This document shows positions 9,378 to 16,494 of a stretch of DNA of 41,554 nucleotides, in pieces (position 1 is the stretch's first letter; every line of letters begins with the position of its first letter). The notes under the pieces are model-generated. The model was not told where the DNA came from and did no database searches. It saw only the letters and a program-made list of their open reading frames with translations. The position numbers and the translations under genes are program-made. The stretch comes from a virus. The stretch is from positions 1 through 41,554 of the IMG/VR virus record IMGVR_UViG_3300045988_117571; one strand, 5' to 3'.

Positions 9378-11279
9378 ATGAGCACCCGCTATGTGTGGGG
9401 GAGATATAACGCAACACCAGGCCTGACCAGCACCGTATCCGGACATGTTTATGATGGAGAACAAGAAACGATTATTACAGCAGACGAGGGCAAATTGTCC
9501 GGTAATGTTGGAACAATTTATTTTGCTGAATTTTCGCTTTGGGACCAAAATGACGTGAGTGCGTTTAAGCCAACTGGTATTAAAAACATCAAAACGATCA
9601 ATCCAGGAAACACAACAATAGAGCTATTGGGGAATGGTTTATTTTTGTTTTCTAAATCTCCTATTAATACCAATTCTACGTTCCCTGTTGGATGCGAATT
9701 TTATGACTCCGATGAAACAAGCAGTATCACCATCAGTTGGAATAATATATCTGCGCAAAGCGCCACGATAAAGGTCCTACAATCGAAAATTTATTATTCC
9801 AAGGGTGCCCTCCTGGGCGATTCCACCAGCGCTTTATCTGGAGCGTATCCCCAGAACGGGGTCTCCGGTAGATATTGGTATACTTACCAGGGGAGCGATA
9901 ATATTGACCCCACCGCCGTCTCCATCCCCTCCACCATCAATGGCGGCACAGCTATCAACATCACCGTCACACCGGGCACCGGCAAGGTCTACGGCGGAAC
10001 GGTCTCCTACCAGTACCAGGTCAAGTTGGGGAGCGGCGAGTGGACCACTATCGCTACCACATCCGCCACAACTCGCTCTTACACCGTCCCATACGGCACA
10101 GCATCCATCCAAGTTCGGGTGCGGGCGAAGGACAACCTGGGATTCACTTCGACGACCTACGTCACCAGCGCCTCCGTTACGGTCATCAACAACCAGCCGC
10201 CCACGGCCCCCGGCAGTATCGATGTGGCCAACGTGGTGGCGGGACAGCAGGCCACTATCACCCTGACGGCGGCCACCGACCCGGACGGCACCATCGCCAG
10301 CTACATCTATGAGCGGAGCGTGGACGGCAGCGCATGGACGCAGATCGCCAACGTCAACATCCTGACGCAGACGGACACCATCAGCGCAGACTGGGGTACG
10401 GTGGCGTACCGGGCCTGCGCCGTGGACGATGACGGGGCGAGCGGCCCCTATGTGACCAGCGAGACCACCACGGTCAACTCCGGGTGGGTCATCATCTCCG
10501 GCCCGGCCAGCGACATGGGGAACAAGCCAGCGCCGTTTGATTTTGTGTTCAGCGTCAGCGTGACTGGCCAGGCAAGTGTGGACGCCATCAACGTGGCCGT
10601 GACCCTGGACGGGGAGAGTATCTACACCGGAACGCCCAACAGCGGCGTGGAGGTGTCCATCCCCATCGACACCCGGCTGCTGGCGGCTGGGGAGCACACT
10701 GTGGAGGTCCAAGCTACAAAGGAGAGCTACCTGGAGGCCAACGGAAGTTACACCTTCGACGTGCCCGCCATCACCCTGCCCGACGGTGGCAGGGCGGAGA
10801 TGCTGCAAAATCCCGAGGGGGACGTGGTGTTCCCGTATACGTTGGCCAGAATGGTCATCGGAAAGGGTGGGAAAGACCTGAACGCCCTACTGGAGCAGGC
10901 CATGTCCACTGTGGCCACACTGACCGGGGAGGTCGGGGGAATCACCGGGGAAGTGACTGAGCTAAAGGCCGGGGCGCTGAAAATGGCAACTGGAAGCTAT
11001 ACGGGGACGGGAACAAATCAAATGTCATTAACATTCGATTTTGCTGTGAAGTTTTTGTTTGTTTTGCAGACGAGCGATAGCTCTTCCGGCAATTTTAAGG
11101 TTGGCAATTTAGTTTGGGTAGGGCAATCACAAGATGCTGAAATTAATTCAGAATCTATTAGCTATACCGTGTCAAATAATGGAAAGACGCTAACATGGAA
11201 CGGACCAACACTTGGCGGTTTTGTTTCGAACCAGAATTACTCTGGTTATCGGTATAGTTACTTTGCCATTGGCCAATAA
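9378..11279 (+). CDS. Tail fibre / receptor-binding protein with two FN3-like repeats
   Basis: About 633 aa from the ATG at 9378 (GGAGG 8 nt upstream; the track start at 9372 is a TTG). Two Ig/FN3-like repeats are visible (PTAVSIP...VTV and PTAPGSIDV...TTTV). The N- and C-terminal segments have much lower GC than the centre. Confidence 0.7.
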   Translation: MSTRYVWGRYNATPGLTSTVSGHVYDGEQETIITADEGKLSGNVGTIYFAEFSLWDQNDVSAFKPTGIKNIKTINPGNTTIELLGNGLFLFSKSPINTNSTFPVGCEFYDSDETSSITISWNNISAQSATIKVLQSKIYYSKGALLGDSTSALSGAYPQNGVSGRYWYTYQGSDNIDPTAVSIPSTINGGTAINITVTPGTGKVYGGTVSYQYQVKLGSGEWTTIATTSATTRSYTVPYGTASIQVRVRAKDNLGFTSTTYVTSASVTVINNQPPTAPGSIDVANVVAGQQATITLTAATDPDGTIASYIYERSVDGSAWTQIANVNILTQTDTISADWGTVAYRACAVDDDGASGPYVTSETTTVNSGWVIISGPASDMGNKPAPFDFVFSVSVTGQASVDAINVAVTLDGESIYTGTPNSGVEVSIPIDTRLLAAGEHTVEVQATKESYLEANGSYTFDVPAITLPDGGRAEMLQNPEGDVVFPYTLARMVIGKGGKDLNALLEQAMSTVATLTGEVGGITGEVTELKAGALKMATGSYTGTGTNQMSLTFDFAVKFLFVLQTSDSSSGNFKVGNLVWVGQSQDAEINSESISYTVSNNGKTLTWNGPTLGGFVSNQNYSGYRYSYFAIGQ

Positions 11280-11290
11280 GGAGGGGCACC

Positions 11291-11581
11291 ATGAAGATCA
11301 TATCCAAAACCCCCGCTGAAAACGGGGCATACCCCGCACTCCAGGAGTGGCCGGGCCTGGTGGCACCAGAAAGCCATTATAAATGGCCGGACACCCTGGA
11401 GACGGAAACCTTTTACCAGTACAATGGCTTCGTGGCCCTCACCGTGGTCCGGAGCATGGTGCAGAGCTACCAGCCCAACGTGGAGGCGTGGGAGGCGTGG
11501 AAAGCCACGCTTCCCCCCGAGCCGGAGCCGGGCGCGAGCGATACAGACGTGCTAAATACTCTGCTGGGGGTGACAGAATGA
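11291..11581 (+). CDS. Hypothetical protein (possible XkdW-like fibre accessory)
   Basis: 96 aa with RBS AAGGAGG. The call rests on position only. Confidence 0.4.
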   Translation: MKIISKTPAENGAYPALQEWPGLVAPESHYKWPDTLETETFYQYNGFVALTVVRSMVQSYQPNVEAWEAWKATLPPEPEPGASDTDVLNTLLGVTE

Positions 11582-12219
11582 ATCGACTGCAAGCGGCGGA
11601 ACAGTTGAGAAAGGTGCTTCAAATTTTCGCGGCAACCTTGACGGATGAACAGGCGATGGTGGTGGCCACGGTGTACCCCACATGGACGGTGAACACGGCT
11701 TATGCTGTGGGGGATATCATCAGCTACGGTACCAACGACGTGGGCGACCCACAGTTATACAAGGTCGTACAGGCGCACACCTCCCAGGCCCAGTGGACAC
11801 CGGACACGGTGCCGAGCCTGTATGACGCATTTGGTTTGGACGAAAGCGGGTATCCCCTGTGGGTACAGCCCAGTGGGGCACACGACGCATACAACGCGGG
11901 GGATATCGTCAACTACAACGGGACGCTGTACCAGTCCACCATCAACGGCAATGTGTGGTCCCCGGACGTGTACCCGGCGGGCTGGACGGTGTATGAGGCG
12001 GCCACGGAGCCAGAGGAGCCCGAACCGGATCCTGAACCAGAACCGGACCCGGAGGAGCCCACCACCTATCCCGAGTGGGTACAGCCCAGTGGGGCACACG
12101 ACGCATACAACGCGGGGGCTGTGGTCACTTACAACGGCAAGGTGTATCAGTCCCTTGTAGACGGCAATGTGTGGAGCCCGGCGGACTACCCCCAGGGCTG
12201 GCAGGAGGTGGAGGCGTGA
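11578..12219 (+). CDS. Carbohydrate-binding protein with three CBM5/12-like (chitin-binding-type) repeats
   Basis: 213 aa from the ATG at 11578 (ATGA overlap with the upstream stop). It has three units of the pattern W..(T/S)..Y..GD.V.Y.G..Y....H.S...W.P. The last two are WVQPSGAHDAYNAG..V.YNG..YQS...GNVWSP..YP.GW, separated by a Pro/Glu/Asp linker. Confidence 0.65.
   Translation: MNRLQAAEQLRKVLQIFAATLTDEQAMVVATVYPTWTVNTAYAVGDIISYGTNDVGDPQLYKVVQAHTSQAQWTPDTVPSLYDAFGLDESGYPLWVQPSGAHDAYNAGDIVNYNGTLYQSTINGNVWSPDVYPAGWTVYEAATEPEEPEPDPEPEPDPEEPTTYPEWVQPSGAHDAYNAGAVVTYNGKVYQSLVDGNVWSPADYPQGWQEVEA
11859..11902 (+). repeat. 44-nt perfect direct repeat, copy 1 (within the CBM gene)
   Basis: gtgggtacagcccagtggggcacacgacgcatacaacgcggggg is identical at 12075..12118, an offset of 216 nt (72 codons). 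Confidence 0.9.
12075..12118 (+). repeat. 44-nt perfect direct repeat, copy 2
   Basis: Identical to 11859..11902. Confidence 0.9.
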
Positions 12220-12521
12220 TCGAGGTGGTCTGTGCACTGATCGCCGCCGTGGCCTCCATCCTGGCCGCCACGGCGGAGGTACGGTCCCGGCGGTCTGCTA
12301 CTCGGATGGAGCGCCGGGCGGATCGGCGGTCCCACGAGATGCGCCTGAGCATGGAGTTGATGTACGCCACCTGTGCCCTGTCCCTGACCACGGCCAAAAA
12401 GCTGGCCGGGATGCACACCAACGGGGACGTGGAGGAGGCTATGCGGGCGGCAGAGGAGGCCCAGGAGGCCTATATCAACTTCGCCCGGGACGAGGCAGCC
12501 AAGAACTTTACCAAGATGTAA
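12216..12521 (+). CDS. Small membrane protein (lysis-cassette associated, hypothetical)
   Basis: 101 aa from a GTG at 12216 (GTGA overlap with the upstream stop). The N-terminus is a hydrophobic helix (IEVVCALIAAVASILAATA), followed by a charged helical tail. Confidence 0.5.
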   Translation: MIEVVCALIAAVASILAATAEVRSRRSATRMERRADRRSHEMRLSMELMYATCALSLTTAKKLAGMHTNGDVEEAMRAAEEAQEAYINFARDEAAKNFTKM

Positions 12522-12546
12522 TATCCCTGAAGCAAGGAGGTATAAC

Positions 12547-12753
12547 ATGCAGAACATCATCAAACGACTGGCCACGCTGCTGAGCGTGAAGAGCCTGGTC
12601 ACCCTGGTGCTGACAGGGGTGTTCGCCTATATGGCGTGTACCGGCCAGATCAGCCAGGACTTCATGACCATCTATGCGGTGATCATCGCCTTCTACTTCG
12701 GCACCCAGAGCCAGAAGGTGCAGGACGCGATTGAGGCGGGGGATGGGCTATGA
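12547..12753 (+). CDS. Holin
   Basis: 68 aa with two predicted TM helices and a charged C-terminus. RBS AAGGAGG. Its stop overlaps the endolysin start (ATGA). Confidence 0.75.
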   Translation: MQNIIKRLATLLSVKSLVTLVLTGVFAYMACTGQISQDFMTIYAVIIAFYFGTQSQKVQDAIEAGDGL

Positions 12754-13517
12754 ACCTGCATCAGCTTATCCTGACGGAAAACGACTGCTATAAGGCGGGA
12801 CGGGCCATCATCCCCAAGGGGGTGATGGTCCACTCCACAGGGGCCAACAACCCAAATTTGAAGCGCTATGTGGGCCCGGATGACGGCCTGCTGGGGACCA
12901 ACCAGAACAACAACCACTGGAACCGCTCCGGGGTGGGGGCCTGCGTCCACGCCTTCATCGGCAAGCTGGCGGACGGGTCCATCGCCACCTACCAGACCCT
13001 ACCCTGGAATATGCGGGGTTGGCACTGCGGCAAGAACGGCAACAATACCCATATCAGCTTTGAAATTTGCGAGGACGACCTAACCGACGGGGACTACTTC
13101 AACGCCGTCTACCGGGAGGCGGTGGAGCTGACGGCTTACCTGTGTGAGATATACGGCCTTGACCCCCTGGATGATGGGGTGGTCATCTGCCACTCGGAAG
13201 GATACCGCAGGGGCATCGCCTCCGGCCACGCCGACGTAGAGCACTGGTTCCCCCGGTTCGGCAAGAGTATGGACGATTTCAGGGCCGACGTGGCCACAGA
13301 AATGGAGGAAAACATGAGCTACGAACAGTGGAAGGAATACATGGAGCGGTACCGGAAGGAGCTGAGAGAGTTGCCCGGTTCCGACTGGTCTCAGGATGCC
13401 CGAGATTGGGCCATCCAAAACGGCGTATTCCGGGGCGATGAGAAGGGCAACGCCATGTGGCAGGACTTCATTACACGGGAACAGGTGGCGCAGGTCATGG
13501 AGCGCCTGCACGAATGA
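12750..13517 (+). CDS. Endolysin, N-acetylmuramoyl-L-alanine amidase (Amidase_2/PGRP fold)
   Basis: 255 aa. Motifs: VMVHSTGANNP, GWHCG, ISFEICED, VICHSEG...GHADVEHW. It lies immediately after the holin. Confidence 0.85.
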   Translation: MNLHQLILTENDCYKAGRAIIPKGVMVHSTGANNPNLKRYVGPDDGLLGTNQNNNHWNRSGVGACVHAFIGKLADGSIATYQTLPWNMRGWHCGKNGNNTHISFEICEDDLTDGDYFNAVYREAVELTAYLCEIYGLDPLDDGVVICHSEGYRRGIASGHADVEHWFPRFGKSMDDFRADVATEMEENMSYEQWKEYMERYRKELRELPGSDWSQDARDWAIQNGVFRGDEKGNAMWQDFITREQVAQVMERLHE

Positions 13518-13807
13518 AGCGGAAGGTGGCGTTTTCAAAACGCCTGATTGCTGACATCCGGGTGCTGCTGTGGGTGGTCACTTTGGGCGGGCTCGCCCTG
13601 GCAGCCTACTGCATCTATCGGGGATTTACAGGGTCCCTGCCGTGGCTGTCCGCTATGGTGGGGCTGCCCTGGACGGCCCACGGGGTAGTGTGCTCCTTCT
13701 ACCTCAACATGGCCAAGAGCGACCACAAAGAGGGCGGCATCACCTTCGAGGCGGCCAAATCCAAGGACTTCCAGCCGGATACTTACACCGCGTCACCACC
13801 GATTTAG
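13514..13807 (+). CDS. Membrane protein downstream of the endolysin (hypothetical)
   Basis: 97 aa from an ATG with ATGA overlap. It has two hydrophobic helices. It is the last gene of the plus arm. Confidence 0.5.
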   Translation: MKRKVAFSKRLIADIRVLLWVVTLGGLALAAYCIYRGFTGSLPWLSAMVGLPWTAHGVVCSFYLNMAKSDHKEGGITFEAAKSKDFQPDTYTASPPI

Positions 13808-13876
13808 AGAGGAGGGCTACCATTGCTAGCGTGTGATATAGCAACGGATCGCAATAAATACACCATGTAGGGGCCA

Positions 13877-14191
13877 TCACTCAATAACCCCCATCAGGCG
13901 CAAAATCAGGTCCACCTGCCAGACATCAGAAACAGCCCCTACTACTGCTCCGGCGGTTATCCATTCGGATAACCGCCATTTCTGTATGTCTTCCGGGCTC
14001 TCCGAGGTGTCCCTCTTACACTCGAACGCCACCATACGCCCTTGTATACTTCCTATTATATCAGGTGTCCCCCGCTCAGAAAAGACGTTGCCGTGAATGT
14101 TGATCGCTTTGGCTCCTGGTATGGAGTTGAGGTAGTCCAACACAGGCCGGACTACCCCAGTATACTCCAACCGCTTGTCACGGTTTGGCAC
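13877..14191 (-). CDS. VRR-NUC domain nuclease
   Basis: 104 aa. PD-(D/E)xK signature GTPDIIG ... VAFECK. It is the last gene of the minus arm and overlaps the upstream gene by 14 nt. Confidence 0.7.
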   Translation of the reverse strand: MPNRDKRLEYTGVVRPVLDYLNSIPGAKAINIHGNVFSERGTPDIIGSIQGRMVAFECKRDTSESPEDIQKWRLSEWITAGAVVGAVSDVWQVDLILRLMGVIE

Positions 14192-14582
14192 GTCTGATAA
14201 GCCTCCCTACCTCGTCGCTAACAATTTTCATCTGCGCCTCTCTAGTGGGAATGTCCTGCATGTCGGGCTTTTTCTCCTCGGTCCACAGGGCCATGAGGAG
14301 GTTAGTGGCCGCCGCGGCCAAGTGATCCTCGTCTGTCCATCCATCCATATATTTGGCCATATGCCGCATCGCCGAATCAAGCATGGTATGCATGGGTATA
14401 CCTTTTTCCCAGTTGCGCTCAGGGTAGTGACCTGATGTTACAGAGTTTTCCATGTGCTTAGACACCCTGATCAACGCGCACCACGGGAGCAAGTCCATAC
14501 GACCCTTTCCTCCAGTGTCCCTGATGGCACCAGTCTCAAATTTCTCCACAACGTTACCTCCCCGTAGAACCAAATCCGGCAT
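14178..14582 (-). CDS. dATP/dGTP pyrophosphohydrolase N-domain-like protein (DUF5664 / MazZ-N-like)
   Basis: 134 aa. The pattern GKGRMDLLPW..L..V...ME......Y.ERNWEKG....M..SAMRHM..Y..G..DEDHLAAAATNLLMAL matches my memory of the DUF5664 (dGTP_diPhyd_N) family. It overlaps the dUTPase gene by 29 nt. Confidence 0.6.
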   Translation of the reverse strand: MPDLVLRGGNVVEKFETGAIRDTGGKGRMDLLPWCALIRVSKHMENSVTSGHYPERNWEKGIPMHTMLDSAMRHMAKYMDGWTDEDHLAAAATNLLMALWTEEKKPDMQDIPTREAQMKIVSDEVGRLIRRAKP

Positions 14583-14988
14583 CCCCGCGCTTGCCGGGCA
14601 CCGCCTTGATCTCGTCTACCTCAGACCATCGTACATCTTCGATAACGTGGAACAGAACCTGGGCCAGGCGCATACCTTGTTCCACGTGAAACATCTTATT
14701 CCCGAGATTGTGTACACACACGAATAACTCCCCGGTATACCCATTATCAATAATACCCTCATTAATTAGGAGACCGTGTTTTCTAAGACTACTGGATCGT
14801 CCGGTAATCCGAGCATACAGGAACGGGGGCATATCAATTCTAACACCTGTATGCACATCCACTGTCTCCCCAGGCGGAATATCACAAGGTTGTGACACGA
14901 ACAAGTCCCACCCGGCGTCCCCCTGGTGCTTCTTGAAGGGGCGCTTAGCGCCCTCTTCAAGTGTGTAACTAACGTACCTAGCCGCCAT
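14554..14988 (-). CDS. dut: Trimeric dUTPase-fold nucleotide pyrophosphatase
   Basis: About 144 aa. Motifs: AGWDL, GRSS, GIIDNGYTGEL, RGDAGFGSTGR. Its ATG overlaps the stop of the upstream AdSS-like gene (TGATG). Confidence 0.85.
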   Translation of the reverse strand: MAARYVSYTLEEGAKRPFKKHQGDAGWDLFVSQPCDIPPGETVDVHTGVRIDMPPFLYARITGRSSSLRKHGLLINEGIIDNGYTGELFVCVHNLGNKMFHVEQGMRLAQVLFHVIEDVRWSEVDEIKAVPGKRGDAGFGSTGR

Positions 14989-16037
14989 CACCGCACCTCC
15001 ACCATGGTATCAGGGCCAGTACCGATGTACTTAACCATACCAAGTACACCAACTTCTTTCATGAACTCAAACAGGATTCTGGAGTTCATAACCGCCTTGG
15101 GATCCTCACACCCATACAGGCTAGGGTCCACATAGTCAACAAACATCAGGGCCACTTCTGTGGGGGAGTTCAGCATGCACGACTGTTCAAACAGCTCGTG
15201 GTCCCATTCTGCGATTCTGCGGATTTTCTTGGTTACCGTAGTTCTTTCGGACACCTCTTTACCGATCCGTCTGGACAGCTCCTCCCAGGAGATTTCATTC
15301 TTCATGGGGCCGGAGTTGCCCGCAACTCGGATGGGGTAGGTGCGGCACACCATCAAAACGTTGGTAACACGGGAGGGAGCAATACCCACTTCAGAGATGA
15401 TGCCCGCTGCGTTGGTATCGATGCTGGTACAGTACGGCCAGTGACTGTGCAGCAGGGACAGCGCAGACCCCTGTGTACCCTCTATTAAGATGTTGGCTCC
15501 TTCGTCCTGGAAGCTTGCGATCAGCGCTGGGGTATTGCTGCGCATACACTCGCAGAGACCGTACTCCTCGGCAACATCCTTAAACTGACGGAATTTGCTG
15601 GGGTCTCTCTGCAGTCTGGCGATGCGGGCCGGTCCAACACCCTCGCCGGTGGAACCGATGCGGCGATGCATCTCGCCACTGGTCCCTCCCTCCTCTTCGT
15701 GGAACTTCTCGTCCAAAATACCTGCTTCGGGATCCACGATCAGACGACCGAGGAAATCAGGGTAATGTCTCATAATGTGTACCAGCTCTTTCATGAACTG
15801 CTTCATGTTGAGCAGAGCCCCACGCCCAATAATGACAGTAGCATTAGGGTTAATCCATCCGCACGGGATGGACTGCATCACGTGTTTCTCCCCATTCCAA
15901 TAAATGGTGTGACCGGCGTTGGGGGAGCCTACCCTCACATGGACCTGGTATTCGTTGGCCACGTGTGCCGCTACCGCGCCTTTACCCTCGGATCCGTACT
16001 GGCCACCAACCAGCACTGTCAGTTTTCCTCGTTCCAT
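14988..16037 (-). CDS. purZ: Adenylosuccinate synthetase homologue, short phage type (PurZ-like candidate)
   Basis: 349 aa. Motifs: GGQYGSEGKG P-loop, NAGHT, IGSTGEGVGPA, IEGTQG, YPIRVAGNSGP, TTVTKKIRR. It is much shorter than bacterial PurA. It is flanked by a pyrophosphatase, a dUTPase, a HAD phosphatase and PolA. Confidence 0.7.
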   Translation of the reverse strand: MERGKLTVLVGGQYGSEGKGAVAAHVANEYQVHVRVGSPNAGHTIYWNGEKHVMQSIPCGWINPNATVIIGRGALLNMKQFMKELVHIMRHYPDFLGRLIVDPEAGILDEKFHEEEGGTSGEMHRRIGSTGEGVGPARIARLQRDPSKFRQFKDVAEEYGLCECMRSNTPALIASFQDEGANILIEGTQGSALSLLHSHWPYCTSIDTNAAGIISEVGIAPSRVTNVLMVCRTYPIRVAGNSGPMKNEISWEELSRRIGKEVSERTTVTKKIRRIAEWDHELFEQSCMLNSPTEVALMFVDYVDPSLYGCEDPKAVMNSRILFEFMKEVGVLGMVKYIGTGPDTMVEVR

Positions 16038-16426
16038 TCCAAAATTCTCCTTACATTTTTAATGGTTATGTCCACAGCGGTCCCCGTGGAAAAAACGTCT
16101 TGCACCACCACAAAATTGGGATTGTGGTCATCAATGTAGACATCCGCGTACACCTTTCTTGTGCCGCTGGGGTATTTCGCCTTATACTTAGCAATATTGC
16201 TGGGCGCATTTTCGTTCACGGCGCAGAAGTGGATCCCCCGCACCTCACACCAATCAACCGCTGCCGTGAGTTCTTCTCCAACTCTGGAGGTCCATAGAAC
16301 GACCTCGTGTCCTTTATCAATCACTTCCCGAATGAAGGACACCATTTCGTCATGCTGGGGGCCGATTTCAGGAAATCGGTTCTCACATAAAATTCCGTCA
16401 AAATCCACTGCTATGATCACTGACAT
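16019..16426 (-). CDS. HAD-superfamily phosphatase (nucleotidase-like)
   Basis: 135 aa from the ATG at 16426, with GGAGG upstream. The track ORF extends to 16558, but that part has no RBS and is Arg-rich and implausible. Motifs: I AVDFDGIL, II WTSR, IV YIDDH. It overlaps the purZ-like start by 19 nt. Confidence 0.65.
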   Translation of the reverse strand: MSVIIAVDFDGILCENRFPEIGPQHDEMVSFIREVIDKGHEVVLWTSRVGEELTAAVDWCEVRGIHFCAVNENAPSNIAKYKAKYPSGTRKVYADVYIDDHNPNFVVVQDVFSTGTAVDITIKNVRRILEWNEEN

Positions 16427-16494
16427 ACCTTCTTTCTGGCCTCCCGTGGCCTCTTCCTTGCGCTTGAGGCCACGGGGGTACTCACATACCGACC

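Noticed and set aside
9378-11279. Possible diversity-generating retroelement (DGR) target in the tail fibre C-terminus.
   Set aside because: - No reverse transcriptase ORF is present anywhere in the genome.
- I could find no template/variable repeat pair matching the fibre 3' end.
13808-13876. Convergent-arm gap, where a bidirectional terminator would be expected.
   Set aside because: - Only a weak 6-bp stem (TTGCTA/TAGCAA, 10-nt loop) is visible, with no flanking T/A runs.
- That is not enough to call a terminator.
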